Source: Candidatus Latescibacterota bacterium (GTDB taxonomy: Bacteria; Latescibacterota; UBA2968; UBA8231). From it: a stretch of 64,000 nt of DNA. The position numbers were made by a program, and so were the translations under genes. Under the pieces are notes generated by a model. It saw only the letters and a program-made list of their open reading frames with translations, did not search any database and was not told the origin of the DNA. Shown one piece after another: positions 48,588 to 58,457 of this stretch. Numbering within the stretch: the first letter of the stretch is position 1; every line of letters starts with the position of its first letter. Location of the stretch: positions 3,360,001 to 3,424,000 of the forward strand of contig OZ252098.1 of the NCBI GenBank assembly GCA_965248355.1. The letters run 5' to 3'.

Positions 48588-49441
48588 GAACCTATCTCAA
48601 AATCACTACACATAACCTTGAGTTCTGATTGCTGATGATGTACCATTACTGTATGGTTACTCTGACCGACCAGCAATGGGAACGGATCCGTCATCACTTT
48701 CCTGAGGAGCATCGCCCCGGGAGCCATCCGGGTCGTAAACCGATTGCCACCCGTGACGTTCTTGAAGCTGTGCTTTGGATTCTCAATACCGGGGCTCAAT
48801 GGCATATGTTGCCGCAGTGCTATCCGAACTACAAAACCGTGCATCGCCGTTTTCAAAATTGGTGTCGTCAAGGGGTGTTACGCGAAGTTCTCGTGGACCT
48901 GGCCCAGACTCTTCACGAGCAAGGGGACTTGGACGAATCGGAAGCTTTCATTGATGGCATGTTCTCGGCGGCCAAGGGTGGAGGTGCCGATATCGGCCAC
49001 ACCAAGCGAGGCAAGGGCGTACGAGTCATGGGGATCGTGGACCGCCATGGGCTTCCCTTGTCGGTGAGCACGCATGCAGCGAACCATCATGAAGTGACGC
49101 TGGTTCAGTTGACGTTTGACTTCTACCTGATCGAAGACAAACCCAAGAACTTGATTGGAGACAAAGCCTACGACAGCGACCCGTTAGATGAGGAGCTGAA
49201 GAAAGAAGGGGTCGAGATGATCGCTCCCCATCGCCAGAACCGAACCAAGAAAAAGACTCAGGACGGACGCCGATTGCGTCGCTATGTGCGGCGTTGGATG
49301 GTGGAGAGATTCTTCGCTTGGCTTCAATGGCAGCGTCGAGTGATCACTCGCTGGGAATTGTATCCGGAGAATTTTCTTGGCTTCGTCCAACTTGCCTCCA
49401 TCCTGATTTTACTTAAGCAATTTCAATTTTGAGATAGGTTC
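48588..49441 (+). mobile_element. IS5-family insertion sequence (854 bp)
   Basis: Perfect 16-bp TIR GAACCTATCTCAAAAT (48588-48603, 49426-49441) flanked by TT on both sides; AT-richer than host sequence. Confidence 0.92.
48653..49432 (+). CDS. IS5-family transposase (single ORF)
   Basis: LTDQQWERI, TGAQWHMLP, FIDGMF, GDKAYDS, RWMVERFFAWL. Confidence 0.93.
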   Translation: MVTLTDQQWERIRHHFPEEHRPGSHPGRKPIATRDVLEAVLWILNTGAQWHMLPQCYPNYKTVHRRFQNWCRQGVLREVLVDLAQTLHEQGDLDESEAFIDGMFSAAKGGGADIGHTKRGKGVRVMGIVDRHGLPLSVSTHAANHHEVTLVQLTFDFYLIEDKPKNLIGDKAYDSDPLDEELKKEGVEMIAPHRQNRTKKKTQDGRRLRRYVRRWMVERFFAWLQWQRRVITRWELYPENFLGFVQLASILILLKQFQF

Positions 49442-49474
49442 TTAATACCATTTGGTCGGGAATGGAGGTGCTCC

Positions 49475-52139
49475 ATGTTTCCATTTGGCCTGGCGCCCCT
49501 GAGTCTTGTCCTCGTCGCTTCACTCCTCGTCGGGATCCCGGCCTGGTCCGAGGAGGCTGCGGAGGAGGACGAGGGCACCGGCAAGGACGGGGCCTACACC
49601 GACGATGTGTACATAATGGAGGAATCCATCGTGGTGGGGACCCGGCATGCGCCCCGCTCCGAGAAGGATTCGGCCGCGCCCGTCGACGTGCTCAACTCGG
49701 AAGAGTTGCTCACCCAGGCGGCCGTCGACATGGACGACATCCTGCGCAACCTGACCCCGTCGTACAACATCCAGCGCCACGGCATCGACGACGAGGCGAC
49801 CCTGGTGCGCCCCGCCACCCTCCGGGGTCTGCCGCCGGACAACCTGCTGGTGCTGGTCTACGGCAAGCGGCGCCACCGCTCCGGGGGTCATCGCCCTGCT
49901 GGGCAGCTCCCTCAATACCGGCTCGCAAGGTCCCGATCTGAGCGTGATCCCGGCCATCGCCATCGCCCAGATGGAGCTTCTCCGGGACGGCGCCGCCGCC
50001 CAGTACGGCTCGGACGCCATCGCCGGTGTCCTCAACCTGAGGTTGCGGGACGCCTCCGAAGGGGTGCGGCTGGAGACCCGGGCGGGGGAGTACTTCGAGG
50101 GGGACGGCCGCCTGACCCAGGTCGCCGCCAACGTCGGCCTGCCGCTCACCCGGGACGGGTTCCTCAATCTCAGCGTCGAGTACCGCCAGAGCGATCCGAC
50201 CATCCGCAGCGGCCAGCGGGCCAACGCCGAGGCGCTCAGGTCCAGGGGATATCCCGTCCAGGAGCCGGCCCAGATCTGGGGCAGCCCCGACATCGACGGC
50301 GTCTGGAACACCTTCCTCAACACCGGTGTGGATCTCGGCATCGGGGCGCAAGCCTACGGTTTCGGAGGCTGGGCGAAGCGGCGCGCCGAGGGGGGCTTCT
50401 TCTTCCGCGCCCCGGGCACCTCGTCGGCGCGCAGCAGCGTCTTCCGGATCGGCACCGAACGGGCCGTCGCCGATCTCGACCTCGACGACGATATCGATCC
50501 CGCGGAGCTGGAGGTGCCCTCCCTGGACGCCGGCTTCGAGGAGGTGGAGGCTTTCGTCTCCCAGTACGAGGGCAAGCTCTTCCTCTTCAACGAGCGCTTC
50601 CCCGGCGGCTTCACGCCCCGCTTCGGGGCCGAGATCCGCGACCTGAGCCTGGTGGCGGGCCTGCGCGGCGAGCGCCCCGGCGGCCTCAAGTGGGACGCCA
50701 GCCTCAGCGGCGCCCGCAGCAACATCGAGTTCTTCATCTTCAACACCATCAACGCCTCCCTGGGTCCGGACACGCCGACCTCCTTCCGCCCCCGCGACTA
50801 CATCCAGACCGAGGTGGCGGCCAACCTCGACTTCTCCTACGCGGTGGAGGTGGCCGCCCTGGCCTCGCCCCTGGGCCTCGCCTGGGGGGCGGAATGGCGC
50901 CAGGAGACCTTCGAGTCCGTGGCCGGGGACGAACCCTCCTACGTGGTGGGCCCCTTTGCCGCCCAAGGCTTCAGCAGCGGCTCCAACGGCTACCAGGGGC
51001 TGGATCCGAGAAACGCCGGCCAGTGGGACCGCCCCAACTACGCCCTCTACCTGGACCTGCAGGCCGACGTGGTGCCGCGGCTGCAGCTGGGCACGGCGGT
51101 GCGCTACGAGGACTTCTACTCAGACTTCGGCAATACCCTCAACGGCAAGCTCTCGGCCTTGTTCCGGGCCACCGACCGGGTCAACCTGCGCTCGACGGTG
51201 AGCACCGGATTCCGCGCCCCTTCCCCCGGGCAGGCGAATCTGCGCGCCGTCACCACCGGGTTCTCGGGCACCGGCGGTCTGACCGAGCAGGGGCAGGTGC
51301 CGCCCACCCATCCCATCGCCGCGGCCCTGGGCGGCGTGGAGCTGACCGAGGAAAAGTCCCTGGGATTCTCGGTGGGCACCGCCATGGAGCTCTCCGACGA
51401 CATCGATCTCACCCTCGACTACTTCGACATCGCCATCGAGGACCGCATCGCCCTGACCGGGAACATCAGCGTCACCGACCAGATCGCCGGGATCATCCGC
51501 GAGGAGGAAGCCCTGCAGGGCGTCAGCGTTCTCCAGGAGGTCAAGTTCTTCTCCAACGACTTCGATACCCGCACCCGGGGCCTCGACCTGGTGCTGTCGT
51601 GGACGCGCACCTGGAACCGCCGGTCCCAGTCCCACCTCGATCTGGCCTGGAACTGGACCCGGACCACCCTCGAGGATTTCTCCGAGAAGCGGACGGTCGG
51701 CGGGTTTCTCGGCAAGCCCCTGGACGAGCCGATCGACTTCACCCTCATGACCCCCCGGCGCGAGGTGGAGCTGGAGGAGATGAACCCCGAGCACCGCCTG
51801 GTGCTCACCGGCAGCCACCAGCTGGACCCCTGGAACGCCATGGTGCGGCCCAGTTACTTCAGCGCCTGGAAGGCCTGCCGCTTCCAGGACAACACCTGTG
51901 GAGATCTCGATCCCTTCGACGGCGGCGTCATCGTCGACGCCGAGGTCGGCTACCTCCTCGGCGAGCGCTACCGGATCGGGGTGGGAGCGCAGAACATCCT
52001 CGACTCGGTGCCCGAGGTCGTCCCCGGGACTCCAGACAATCCCTCGGAGACCGAGGGCCAGGGCAACCTGCGCCCGGAGAGCACCCCCTGGGACTACAAC
52101 GGCGCCTTCTGGTACACCCGCTTGTTCATCGATTTCTAA
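49475..52139 (+). CDS. TonB-dependent receptor 1; +1 frameshift in a G5 run (49883-49887)
   Basis: EESIVVGTR, LRGLPPDNLLVLV.GKRRHR, LRDGAAAQYGSDAIAGV, STGFRAPS; C-terminal F. Confidence 0.9.
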
Positions 52140-52187
52140 CGCATTTTCTTCCCCGAACCAACATTCCCCGGACGGAGGACCACTCCG

Positions 52188-54758
52188 ATGAAAGACCTGC
52201 CCCAAGCTGGAAACTTCGCTCTCGCCTTTGGCGTCAGCGCACTGCTCTTCCTGGGTGCCGCACCCGCGGCCCTGGCGCAAGAAGCGGAAGAAGACGACGT
52301 AGCGGAGTTCGAAGAAGAGATCGTGCTGGAGGACGTGGTGGTCACGGGCTCCCGGGCGCAGGCGCGTTCGGTGACGGAGTCGGCCGTGCCCATCGACGTC
52401 GTCAGCAGCGAGGAGATCGTCAAGCAGGGAGGCACCGACCTGGCCGACCTGCTGCGAAACATCGTGCCCTCCTACAATGTCAATACCCAGCCGATCAGCG
52501 ACGCGGGAACCGTTGTCCGGCCTCCCAACCTCCGGAGCCTGGCGCCCGATCACGCCCTGGTGCTCGTCAACGGCAAGCGCCGCCACCGCGCCTCCGTGAT
52601 TCACTGGCTGGGCAACGGCGTGGCCGACGGCGCCCAGGGTCCCGACCTGTCCGCCATCCCGGCCATCGCCCTCAAGCGGGTGGAGGTCCTGCGCGACGGG
52701 GCCTCGGCCCAGTACGGATCCGACGCCATCGCGGGGGTGCTGAACTTCCAGCTGAGGGACTCCCACGACGGGATGTCCATCCAGACCAAGACCGGCAGCT
52801 TCCTCGACGGGGACGGCAAGTTCCTCGGCGACGGCGAGCTGTTCACCATCGCCGGCAACATGGGCCTGGGGAACGAGAACGCCTGGGCCAACCTCAGCCT
52901 GGAATACGGCAACTCGGGGGCGTCGGTGCGCTCGGTGCAGCGCACCGACGCCGCGGCCCTGACCCGCGCCGGCAATCTCGAGGTGGCCAATCCCGCCCAG
53001 ATCTGGGGCCAGCCCTTTGTCCGGGACGACATCAAGTTCTTCGCCAACTACGGCGCCGATCTCGGCGAACGCCTCGACTTCTACGGCCACGCCAATTATG
53101 CCAACAAGGAGACGGAAGGAGGGTTCTACTTCCGGAACCCCCATACCCGCAGCGGCGTGTTCAGGGGGCCGGTGATCGACTGGAACGGCCAGCAAGTACC
53201 CTCCTTGCTGGTCGGCGATCTGGACGGGGTCGGCCAGGGCAATGAGTGCGCCCAGGTTCCCATTATCGACCACAGGCCGGACCCGGAGGCCTGGCTGCAG
53301 GTCCGCGACGATCCCAACTGCTTCTCCTTCCTGAAGGTGTTCCCCGGAGGCTTCACGCCGCGGTTCGGGGCCTTCACCACCGACGAGTCCCTCCTCCTCG
53401 GCCTTCAGGGTTTCGAAGCCGGTGTGCGCTGGGACCTGAGCGCGTCGTACGGACGGCACGAGGCGGACTACTTCATCTTCAATACCGTGAATGCATCCAT
53501 GGGTCCCGATACGCCGACCTACTTCGATCCCGGTACCTACGTCCAGTCGGACGTCAACCTGAACTTCGACATCGCCTACCCCGTCAACCAGAACCTGCTG
53601 TTGGCGGCGGGTCTGGAACGTCGGACGGAGACCTTCGAGATCGTGGAGGGGCAGATCGAGTCGTACATCATCGGCCAGCCTCTCGCCAGCCAGGGATTCC
53701 AGCCCGCCACCAACGGGTTCTCCGGCTTCAGCAAGGTGGCCGCAGGGATCTGGGACCGGTCCAACTCCGCAGTCTACGTGGAGAGTGACTTCTTCCCCAT
53801 GGACCAGTGGTTGCTCTCCCTGGCCTTGCGCACCGAGAACTTCGACGACTTCGGGACCACGGCCAACTACAAGGTGGCCACCAACTACGGCATCACCGAC
53901 GACATCAAGGTGCGCGGCAGCTACAGCACCGGGTTCCGGGCCCCCACGCCTGGCCAGCAGAACGCCTTCAACATCACCACGGAGTTCAACTTCGAGAAGA
54001 ACGACCTGGTCAACAACGGGACGGTCCCCTCGACGAGCCGCGCCGCCGAGCTGAAGGGGGGCAAGCCTCTCGACTCGGAGAAGTCGGTCAACCTCTCCGG
54101 CGGTCTCGTTCTCGACCTGGGCATGGTCAGTGCGACGATCGACTACTTCAACATCAAGGTGAAGGACCGCCTGACGGTCTCGCAGGACTTCATCCTGACC
54201 GACGCGCAGAGGCAACAGTTGATCGACGAGGGCATCACCAGCGCCGCCGGCCTGCAGGAGTTCCGCTTCTTCACCAACGACTTCGATTCCGCCACCCAGG
54301 GGATCGACCTCGTTCTCTCGGCACCGGTGGGTTCGGGCATGGCCAGCCTCGCCTACAACTACACGAGCTCCGGGGTCACCGACTACAACCCGGATGTCCT
54401 CGACGATCTCCGGATCCAGGAACTGGAGAATAACCTCCCCAAGCAGCGCGGGAACCTGACCCTGACCCAGTCCCTGACCCGCCGCTGGGACGCGCTGGCG
54501 CGGGCCAGCTACTTCGGCTCCTGGTACGACTCCGAGGACGATCAGACCTATGACGGCAAGCCCCTGTTCGACCTCGAGACGAGCGTCTCCTTCGATGACG
54601 GTGCGTCCTCCATCGGGGTGGGCGCCCAGAACATCCTCAACACCTATCCGGACGAGAATCCGAACGCCGCCGACAGCATCGGCAACACGTACAGCCAGTT
54701 CAGCCCCTTCGGCTTCGGCGGCGCGTTCTGGTACGTGAAGTACCGCTACAGCATGTAG
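52188..54758 (+). CDS. TonB-dependent receptor 2 (tandem paralog)
   Basis: VVVTGSR, LVLVNGKRRHR, LRDGASAQYGSDAIAGV, STGFRAPTPGQ, SPFGFGGAFWY. Confidence 0.95.
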   Translation: MKDLPQAGNFALAFGVSALLFLGAAPAALAQEAEEDDVAEFEEEIVLEDVVVTGSRAQARSVTESAVPIDVVSSEEIVKQGGTDLADLLRNIVPSYNVNTQPISDAGTVVRPPNLRSLAPDHALVLVNGKRRHRASVIHWLGNGVADGAQGPDLSAIPAIALKRVEVLRDGASAQYGSDAIAGVLNFQLRDSHDGMSIQTKTGSFLDGDGKFLGDGELFTIAGNMGLGNENAWANLSLEYGNSGASVRSVQRTDAAALTRAGNLEVANPAQIWGQPFVRDDIKFFANYGADLGERLDFYGHANYANKETEGGFYFRNPHTRSGVFRGPVIDWNGQQVPSLLVGDLDGVGQGNECAQVPIIDHRPDPEAWLQVRDDPNCFSFLKVFPGGFTPRFGAFTTDESLLLGLQGFEAGVRWDLSASYGRHEADYFIFNTVNASMGPDTPTYFDPGTYVQSDVNLNFDIAYPVNQNLLLAAGLERRTETFEIVEGQIESYIIGQPLASQGFQPATNGFSGFSKVAAGIWDRSNSAVYVESDFFPMDQWLLSLALRTENFDDFGTTANYKVATNYGITDDIKVRGSYSTGFRAPTPGQQNAFNITTEFNFEKNDLVNNGTVPSTSRAAELKGGKPLDSEKSVNLSGGLVLDLGMVSATIDYFNIKVKDRLTVSQDFILTDAQRQQLIDEGITSAAGLQEFRFFTNDFDSATQGIDLVLSAPVGSGMASLAYNYTSSGVTDYNPDVLDDLRIQELENNLPKQRGNLTLTQSLTRRWDALARASYFGSWYDSEDDQTYDGKPLFDLETSVSFDDGASSIGVGAQNILNTYPDENPNAADSIGNTYSQFSPFGFGGAFWYVKYRYSM

Positions 54759-54804
54759 CGGCTGTCTGAAGCACCGGCTGCGTATTGCAGGACCGCTCCA
54801 GGGC

Positions 54805-54838
54805 GCCTCAGGGCGCGGCGAAATCCGCGCCCTGAGGC
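54805..54838 (+). terminator. Strong hairpin after the TonB receptor pair (terminator or RNA-stabilising stem)
   Basis: GCCTCAGGGCGCGG-cgaaat-CCGCGCCCTGAGGC, 14-bp perfect stem; no U-tract. Confidence 0.5.
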
Positions 54839-54986
54839 ACACCCCTGGGGCAGCGATCGCCGCTCTGGCCAAGCTCTTCTGGGGGGCGGCACACCTCCCA
54901 GTTCAGATCCTGCCGGGCCTCCCCTGGCGCGGCGTCATGGCAGAGGACGGTCCTCTACGGTCCTCTGCGGAAAGAGAGAGGTCCGA

Positions 54987-55811
54987 TTGCTCAAGGCGGG
55001 CATTTTTCTGGACATGGAGAACCTCAACCGGTGCGGCGGCTACGCGATCCAGTACCGGCAGGTCAAGGCCCTGGCCGAGGCCCAGGGCGCCGTTGTGGTG
55101 CGGGCCAACGCCTACATGGCCATCGACCGTGAGCGCGAGAACCTCGATGCCGAGTACGGGCAGAGAAAGGCGGACTACCGCAACCGGGTGCGGCGCGAAG
55201 GGTTCCACCTGGTGCTCAAGGAGGTTCAGATCTATCGCGACAGCGAAGGCCAGGTCATCACCAAGGCCAACGCCGACCTGGAGCTGGCGGTGGACGCCCT
55301 GCTCCAGACGGAGAGACTGGATTACGTGCTCCTGGGCAGCGGGGACGGCGATTTCGTCCGCCTCGTGCGGGCCCTGCAGAATCGCGGCAAGCGGGTCGAT
55401 CTGGTGTCCTTCATGAATACCAGCACGCGGTTGCGCCAGGAAGTGGACAACCACTTCTCCGGGTACCTCGTGCCGGGCCTGCTTCCCGAGGACCGGGGAG
55501 AACCCGGACGCCTGCGGGGCATCGTGCACGCCGTCAACGAGGACAGAGGCTTCGGATTCCTCACCGTGCAGACCGGCATGGGCATGGACAGCATGCTCGA
55601 GGACATCTTCCTCCACATCACCGACCTGCGCTCGGCGGAGGGACGGCCCCTGGACAATGCCCAGTTCGCCCAGTACAAGACCCGGGGAACGATCGTGGAA
55701 TTCGAGATGCAGGAAGATGGCACAGGCAAGCGAAAGGCGGTGAACGCCGTGGAGTTCCGCCCCGAACTCTGGGGGATCGCCCGGGGGGACCGCCCGGCCG
55801 TGCCCTCGTGA
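54987..55811 (+). CDS. NYN (LabA/DUF88, PIN-like) domain protein with C-terminal cold-shock domain
   Basis: IFLDMENL, KANADLELAVD, SGDGDF; GIVHAVNEDRGFGFL...DIFLHITD...VEFE...KAVNA. Confidence 0.88.
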   Translation: MLKAGIFLDMENLNRCGGYAIQYRQVKALAEAQGAVVVRANAYMAIDRERENLDAEYGQRKADYRNRVRREGFHLVLKEVQIYRDSEGQVITKANADLELAVDALLQTERLDYVLLGSGDGDFVRLVRALQNRGKRVDLVSFMNTSTRLRQEVDNHFSGYLVPGLLPEDRGEPGRLRGIVHAVNEDRGFGFLTVQTGMGMDSMLEDIFLHITDLRSAEGRPLDNAQFAQYKTRGTIVEFEMQEDGTGKRKAVNAVEFRPELWGIARGDRPAVPS

Positions 55812-55957
55812 GACTGGCCCCGCTCAAGCGCGATCGTTCCATCGCCCGGGCGCCGGTGCTCCAACGGCGCCTCGGGACTCCACCATCCGCTTGCACGTCT
55901 TCCAGATCCCGAGCCGGGGCTGACCCGCCATCCGGCCCCTTCGCGCCCGGACCGGCC

Positions 55958-57361
55958 TCAGCCCGCCGCCGCCCCTTCCTGGGATCGCAAATAGCGCGCG
56001 CTCTCGCCGTTCATCCACGGGTACCGGAAGTGCTCAGCCAGCTCCTGGTTCTCCGGCTGCCGGAGCAGCTCTTCCAGGGCTCCGAAGGCCTGGTCGTAGG
56101 AACGTGTCTGGTGGTTCTGCAGGGCGTTCCACAGCAGCATGCTGCGGTCCCCCGTGCGGTAGGCCTCCAGGCCGCGCTCCATGCCCAGGATCATGGGGAG
56201 CAGCTGCTCCAGCATGATCTTCTTCGGCAGGGGCTCGACCCGCAGGGGCTGGATCCCCTTGCGGTCGATGACCGCCGGCACCTCGACGACCACGTCGTCC
56301 TCCACCCCCGGCAGGGCGCCGCGGTTGGGCACGTTCACCTGGAAGGTGCCCCCCACGTCGTTGGTCAGGGCGTCGATGATGGGCACCTGCTGCTCGCGGG
56401 TGCGTCCCGTGCCGAAGACCTCCGTCATCCGCGCCGACGGATCCTCGCAGGCGGCCCGGATCTGGGCCAGCCGCTGCTCCAGGCGGTCCACGTGGACGGG
56501 CCTGGCGATGTGGGTGTCCGGTCCGCCGTAGGGCTCGCCGAACCAGTGTTTCTTCGTCTCGATGTCGGTGTGGTACCACCAGCCCCCGAGGCGCGGGGAA
56601 TCGCCGATGGGGAACAGGCCGTACATGCGGTACTGGTGCACGGCCCCGCGGGACAGCTGAATGTCGTGGGTGCCGTCGGCTTCGTGGGTCCTCCAGTAGT
56701 CCTCGCCGTGCTCGTCGATCCAGCGGTCGATCCGCGGGTAGGCGTCCTGCCCTTCGTAGAGGAAGTGGGTCATCCAGATGCAGTGGTTGACCCCCGGCGC
56801 CTGGAAGTCGACGCGTTCGAGGTCCATTCCCAGGACCTTGGCGATGCGGTGGTAGCCGTAGTGGCCGTGGCACAGGCCGCAGACCTTGACCCCCGTCTCC
56901 CGGGTCATCAGCGTGCAGCCGTCGAAGACGGGGTTGCCCGACTGGATGAGCCAGGCCTCCGGAGACAGCCTCTCCATGTCGCGGGCCACTTCCATCATCA
57001 GTCGCAACTGGTAGAAGGATCCGGCCGACACACCGTTGTAGTAGTAGCCGTTCCGGGCCATCAGGCGGCGCATGTCGGCCTGGTGGTGATGGCTCTGGAC
57101 CATGGCCGTGTTGATGACGAAGTCGGCCTCCCTGAGCGCGTCTTCCCGGTTCGTGGACTGCCGGAAGCGCAGGTCGGCTCCCACCTCGCCGGTGTAGCGG
57201 GAGGCCATGCGGGTCACCGCGTCGAGACGGCCGGCGTCGATGTCCATGAAGTGGACCTCGCTGCCGGCCAGGTTCGCGGTGAGGCACAGATCCTTCACCA
57301 GGCCGAGGGAGAAGGTGGCGGAGCCGGCGCCGATGACGCCGATGCGGACGGGTTGAGGCAT
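55958..57361 (-). CDS. Family 4 glycoside hydrolase (NAD+-dependent alpha-glucosidase/galactosidase-like)
   Basis: IGAGSATF, MDIDAGRL, ADFVINT, QSGNPV, GLCHG, GVNHCIW, VVEVP. Confidence 0.93.
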   Translation of the reverse strand: MPQPVRIGVIGAGSATFSLGLVKDLCLTANLAGSEVHFMDIDAGRLDAVTRMASRYTGEVGADLRFRQSTNREDALREADFVINTAMVQSHHHQADMRRLMARNGYYYNGVSAGSFYQLRLMMEVARDMERLSPEAWLIQSGNPVFDGCTLMTRETGVKVCGLCHGHYGYHRIAKVLGMDLERVDFQAPGVNHCIWMTHFLYEGQDAYPRIDRWIDEHGEDYWRTHEADGTHDIQLSRGAVHQYRMYGLFPIGDSPRLGGWWYHTDIETKKHWFGEPYGGPDTHIARPVHVDRLEQRLAQIRAACEDPSARMTEVFGTGRTREQQVPIIDALTNDVGGTFQVNVPNRGALPGVEDDVVVEVPAVIDRKGIQPLRVEPLPKKIMLEQLLPMILGMERGLEAYRTGDRSMLLWNALQNHQTRSYDQAFGALEELLRQPENQELAEHFRYPWMNGESARYLRSQEGAAAG

Positions 57362-57472
57362 GGGAATCGACTCCTCGGTTTATTTCACATGGGATGCAAT
57401 AGATAAGGAAAAAGCCCGGAGGCAGGTCGCCGGCCGATGCACTTGTTTTCCGACGGTGAGGAGCCGGGAGCG

Positions 57473-57796
57473 ATGAGCGGTGACAGGAAGTTCGACGAAG
57501 AGGCCGTGGAGCTGCCCATCGACGGCACCCTCGACCTGCACACCTTCAGGCCGAGGGAGGCGGCGGATCTCGTGGCCGACTACCTCTCCGAATGCCGCAA
57601 GCGGGGGATCCTGGATGCGCGCATCATCCACGGCAAGGGCACGGGCGCCCTGCGCCGCACGGTCCACGCCGCCCTGGACCGGCTCCCCTTCGTCGAGCAC
57701 TACGCCCTTGCCGGCACCGGAGGCGGAGGCTGGGGCGCAACCCTCGTGCGCCTGCGGCCCCCTCCCGGGCGCGGCGGGGGCGGCTCCCGGCCATGA
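57473..57796 (+). CDS. Stand-alone Smr domain protein
   Basis: LDLHTF, IIHGKGTGALR, GGWGATLV. Confidence 0.92.
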   Translation: MSGDRKFDEEAVELPIDGTLDLHTFRPREAADLVADYLSECRKRGILDARIIHGKGTGALRRTVHAALDRLPFVEHYALAGTGGGGWGATLVRLRPPPGRGGGGSRP

Positions 57797-58371
57797 CCGG
57801 ATCCGGATACTACGACTACGCCCCTACTGTCACCCTGTCCCGGCCCGTGGCGTTCTGCGGCCATCCGGGATGCGGCTACCGGGAGGTCGTCTACGACCTG
57901 GCCTCCCTCACCGGCCTTCCCCTGCACGACCTGGACCGGTGGGTCGAGCACGAGGCGGGACGGTCGCTGTGGTCGCTGGCCCGCCAAGCGGGAATAGGCG
58001 CCCTCGAGGCGGCCGAGGCGAGACTCCTGCCGAAGGTGCTGGCCAGCCGGCCCCCGGGACTGATCCTCTTCGGCGAGGCCACCCTGACGGGCCCGGACCC
58101 GCTCCGGCGTGTGAGCCAGGCGGCGGCCCTGGTCTTCCTGCGGCTGCCGCCCACCTCCTGCTACTGGGCGCTGCGCCGGCGCGGCGAGGCCCAGGGCGGG
58201 ATCCTCGCCCATCCTCACCTGCCGGACCGGCTGCGCGACGCCAACGATCTCCGCCCCCTCATGGACCGGCAGCGGCCGATCGCCGAAGCCGCGGACCAGG
58301 TCCTCGACATGGAGCGCCGCTCCGTGCACGAGGCGGTGCTGGAGCTGCAGCGGGCCCTGCCCGGCCTCTGA
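57793..58371 (+). CDS. Shikimate-kinase-like protein with degenerate P-loop
   Basis: GHPGCGYR, DLDRWVEHEAGRS, EARLL; ATGA overlap with the Smr gene. Confidence 0.7.
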   Translation: MTGSGYYDYAPTVTLSRPVAFCGHPGCGYREVVYDLASLTGLPLHDLDRWVEHEAGRSLWSLARQAGIGALEAAEARLLPKVLASRPPGLILFGEATLTGPDPLRRVSQAAALVFLRLPPTSCYWALRRRGEAQGGILAHPHLPDRLRDANDLRPLMDRQRPIAEAADQVLDMERRSVHEAVLELQRALPGL

Positions 58372-58457
58372 GGGGTCGGACCGCACCTTGCCGGGGCGCG
58401 GGCCTGCGGCTATGGTAGCGCCCCGAATCCTTGAACCGCCCCCAGGAGGAAGAGCCC

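Noticed and set aside
49475..53245. 1256-aa ORF
   Set aside because: Only the first ~137 codons are the TonB receptor; the rest is run-on after the G5 frameshift
55812..55957. Possible further gene relic (...STIRLHVFQIPSRG*) after the NYN gene
   Set aside because: Too short and no family recognised
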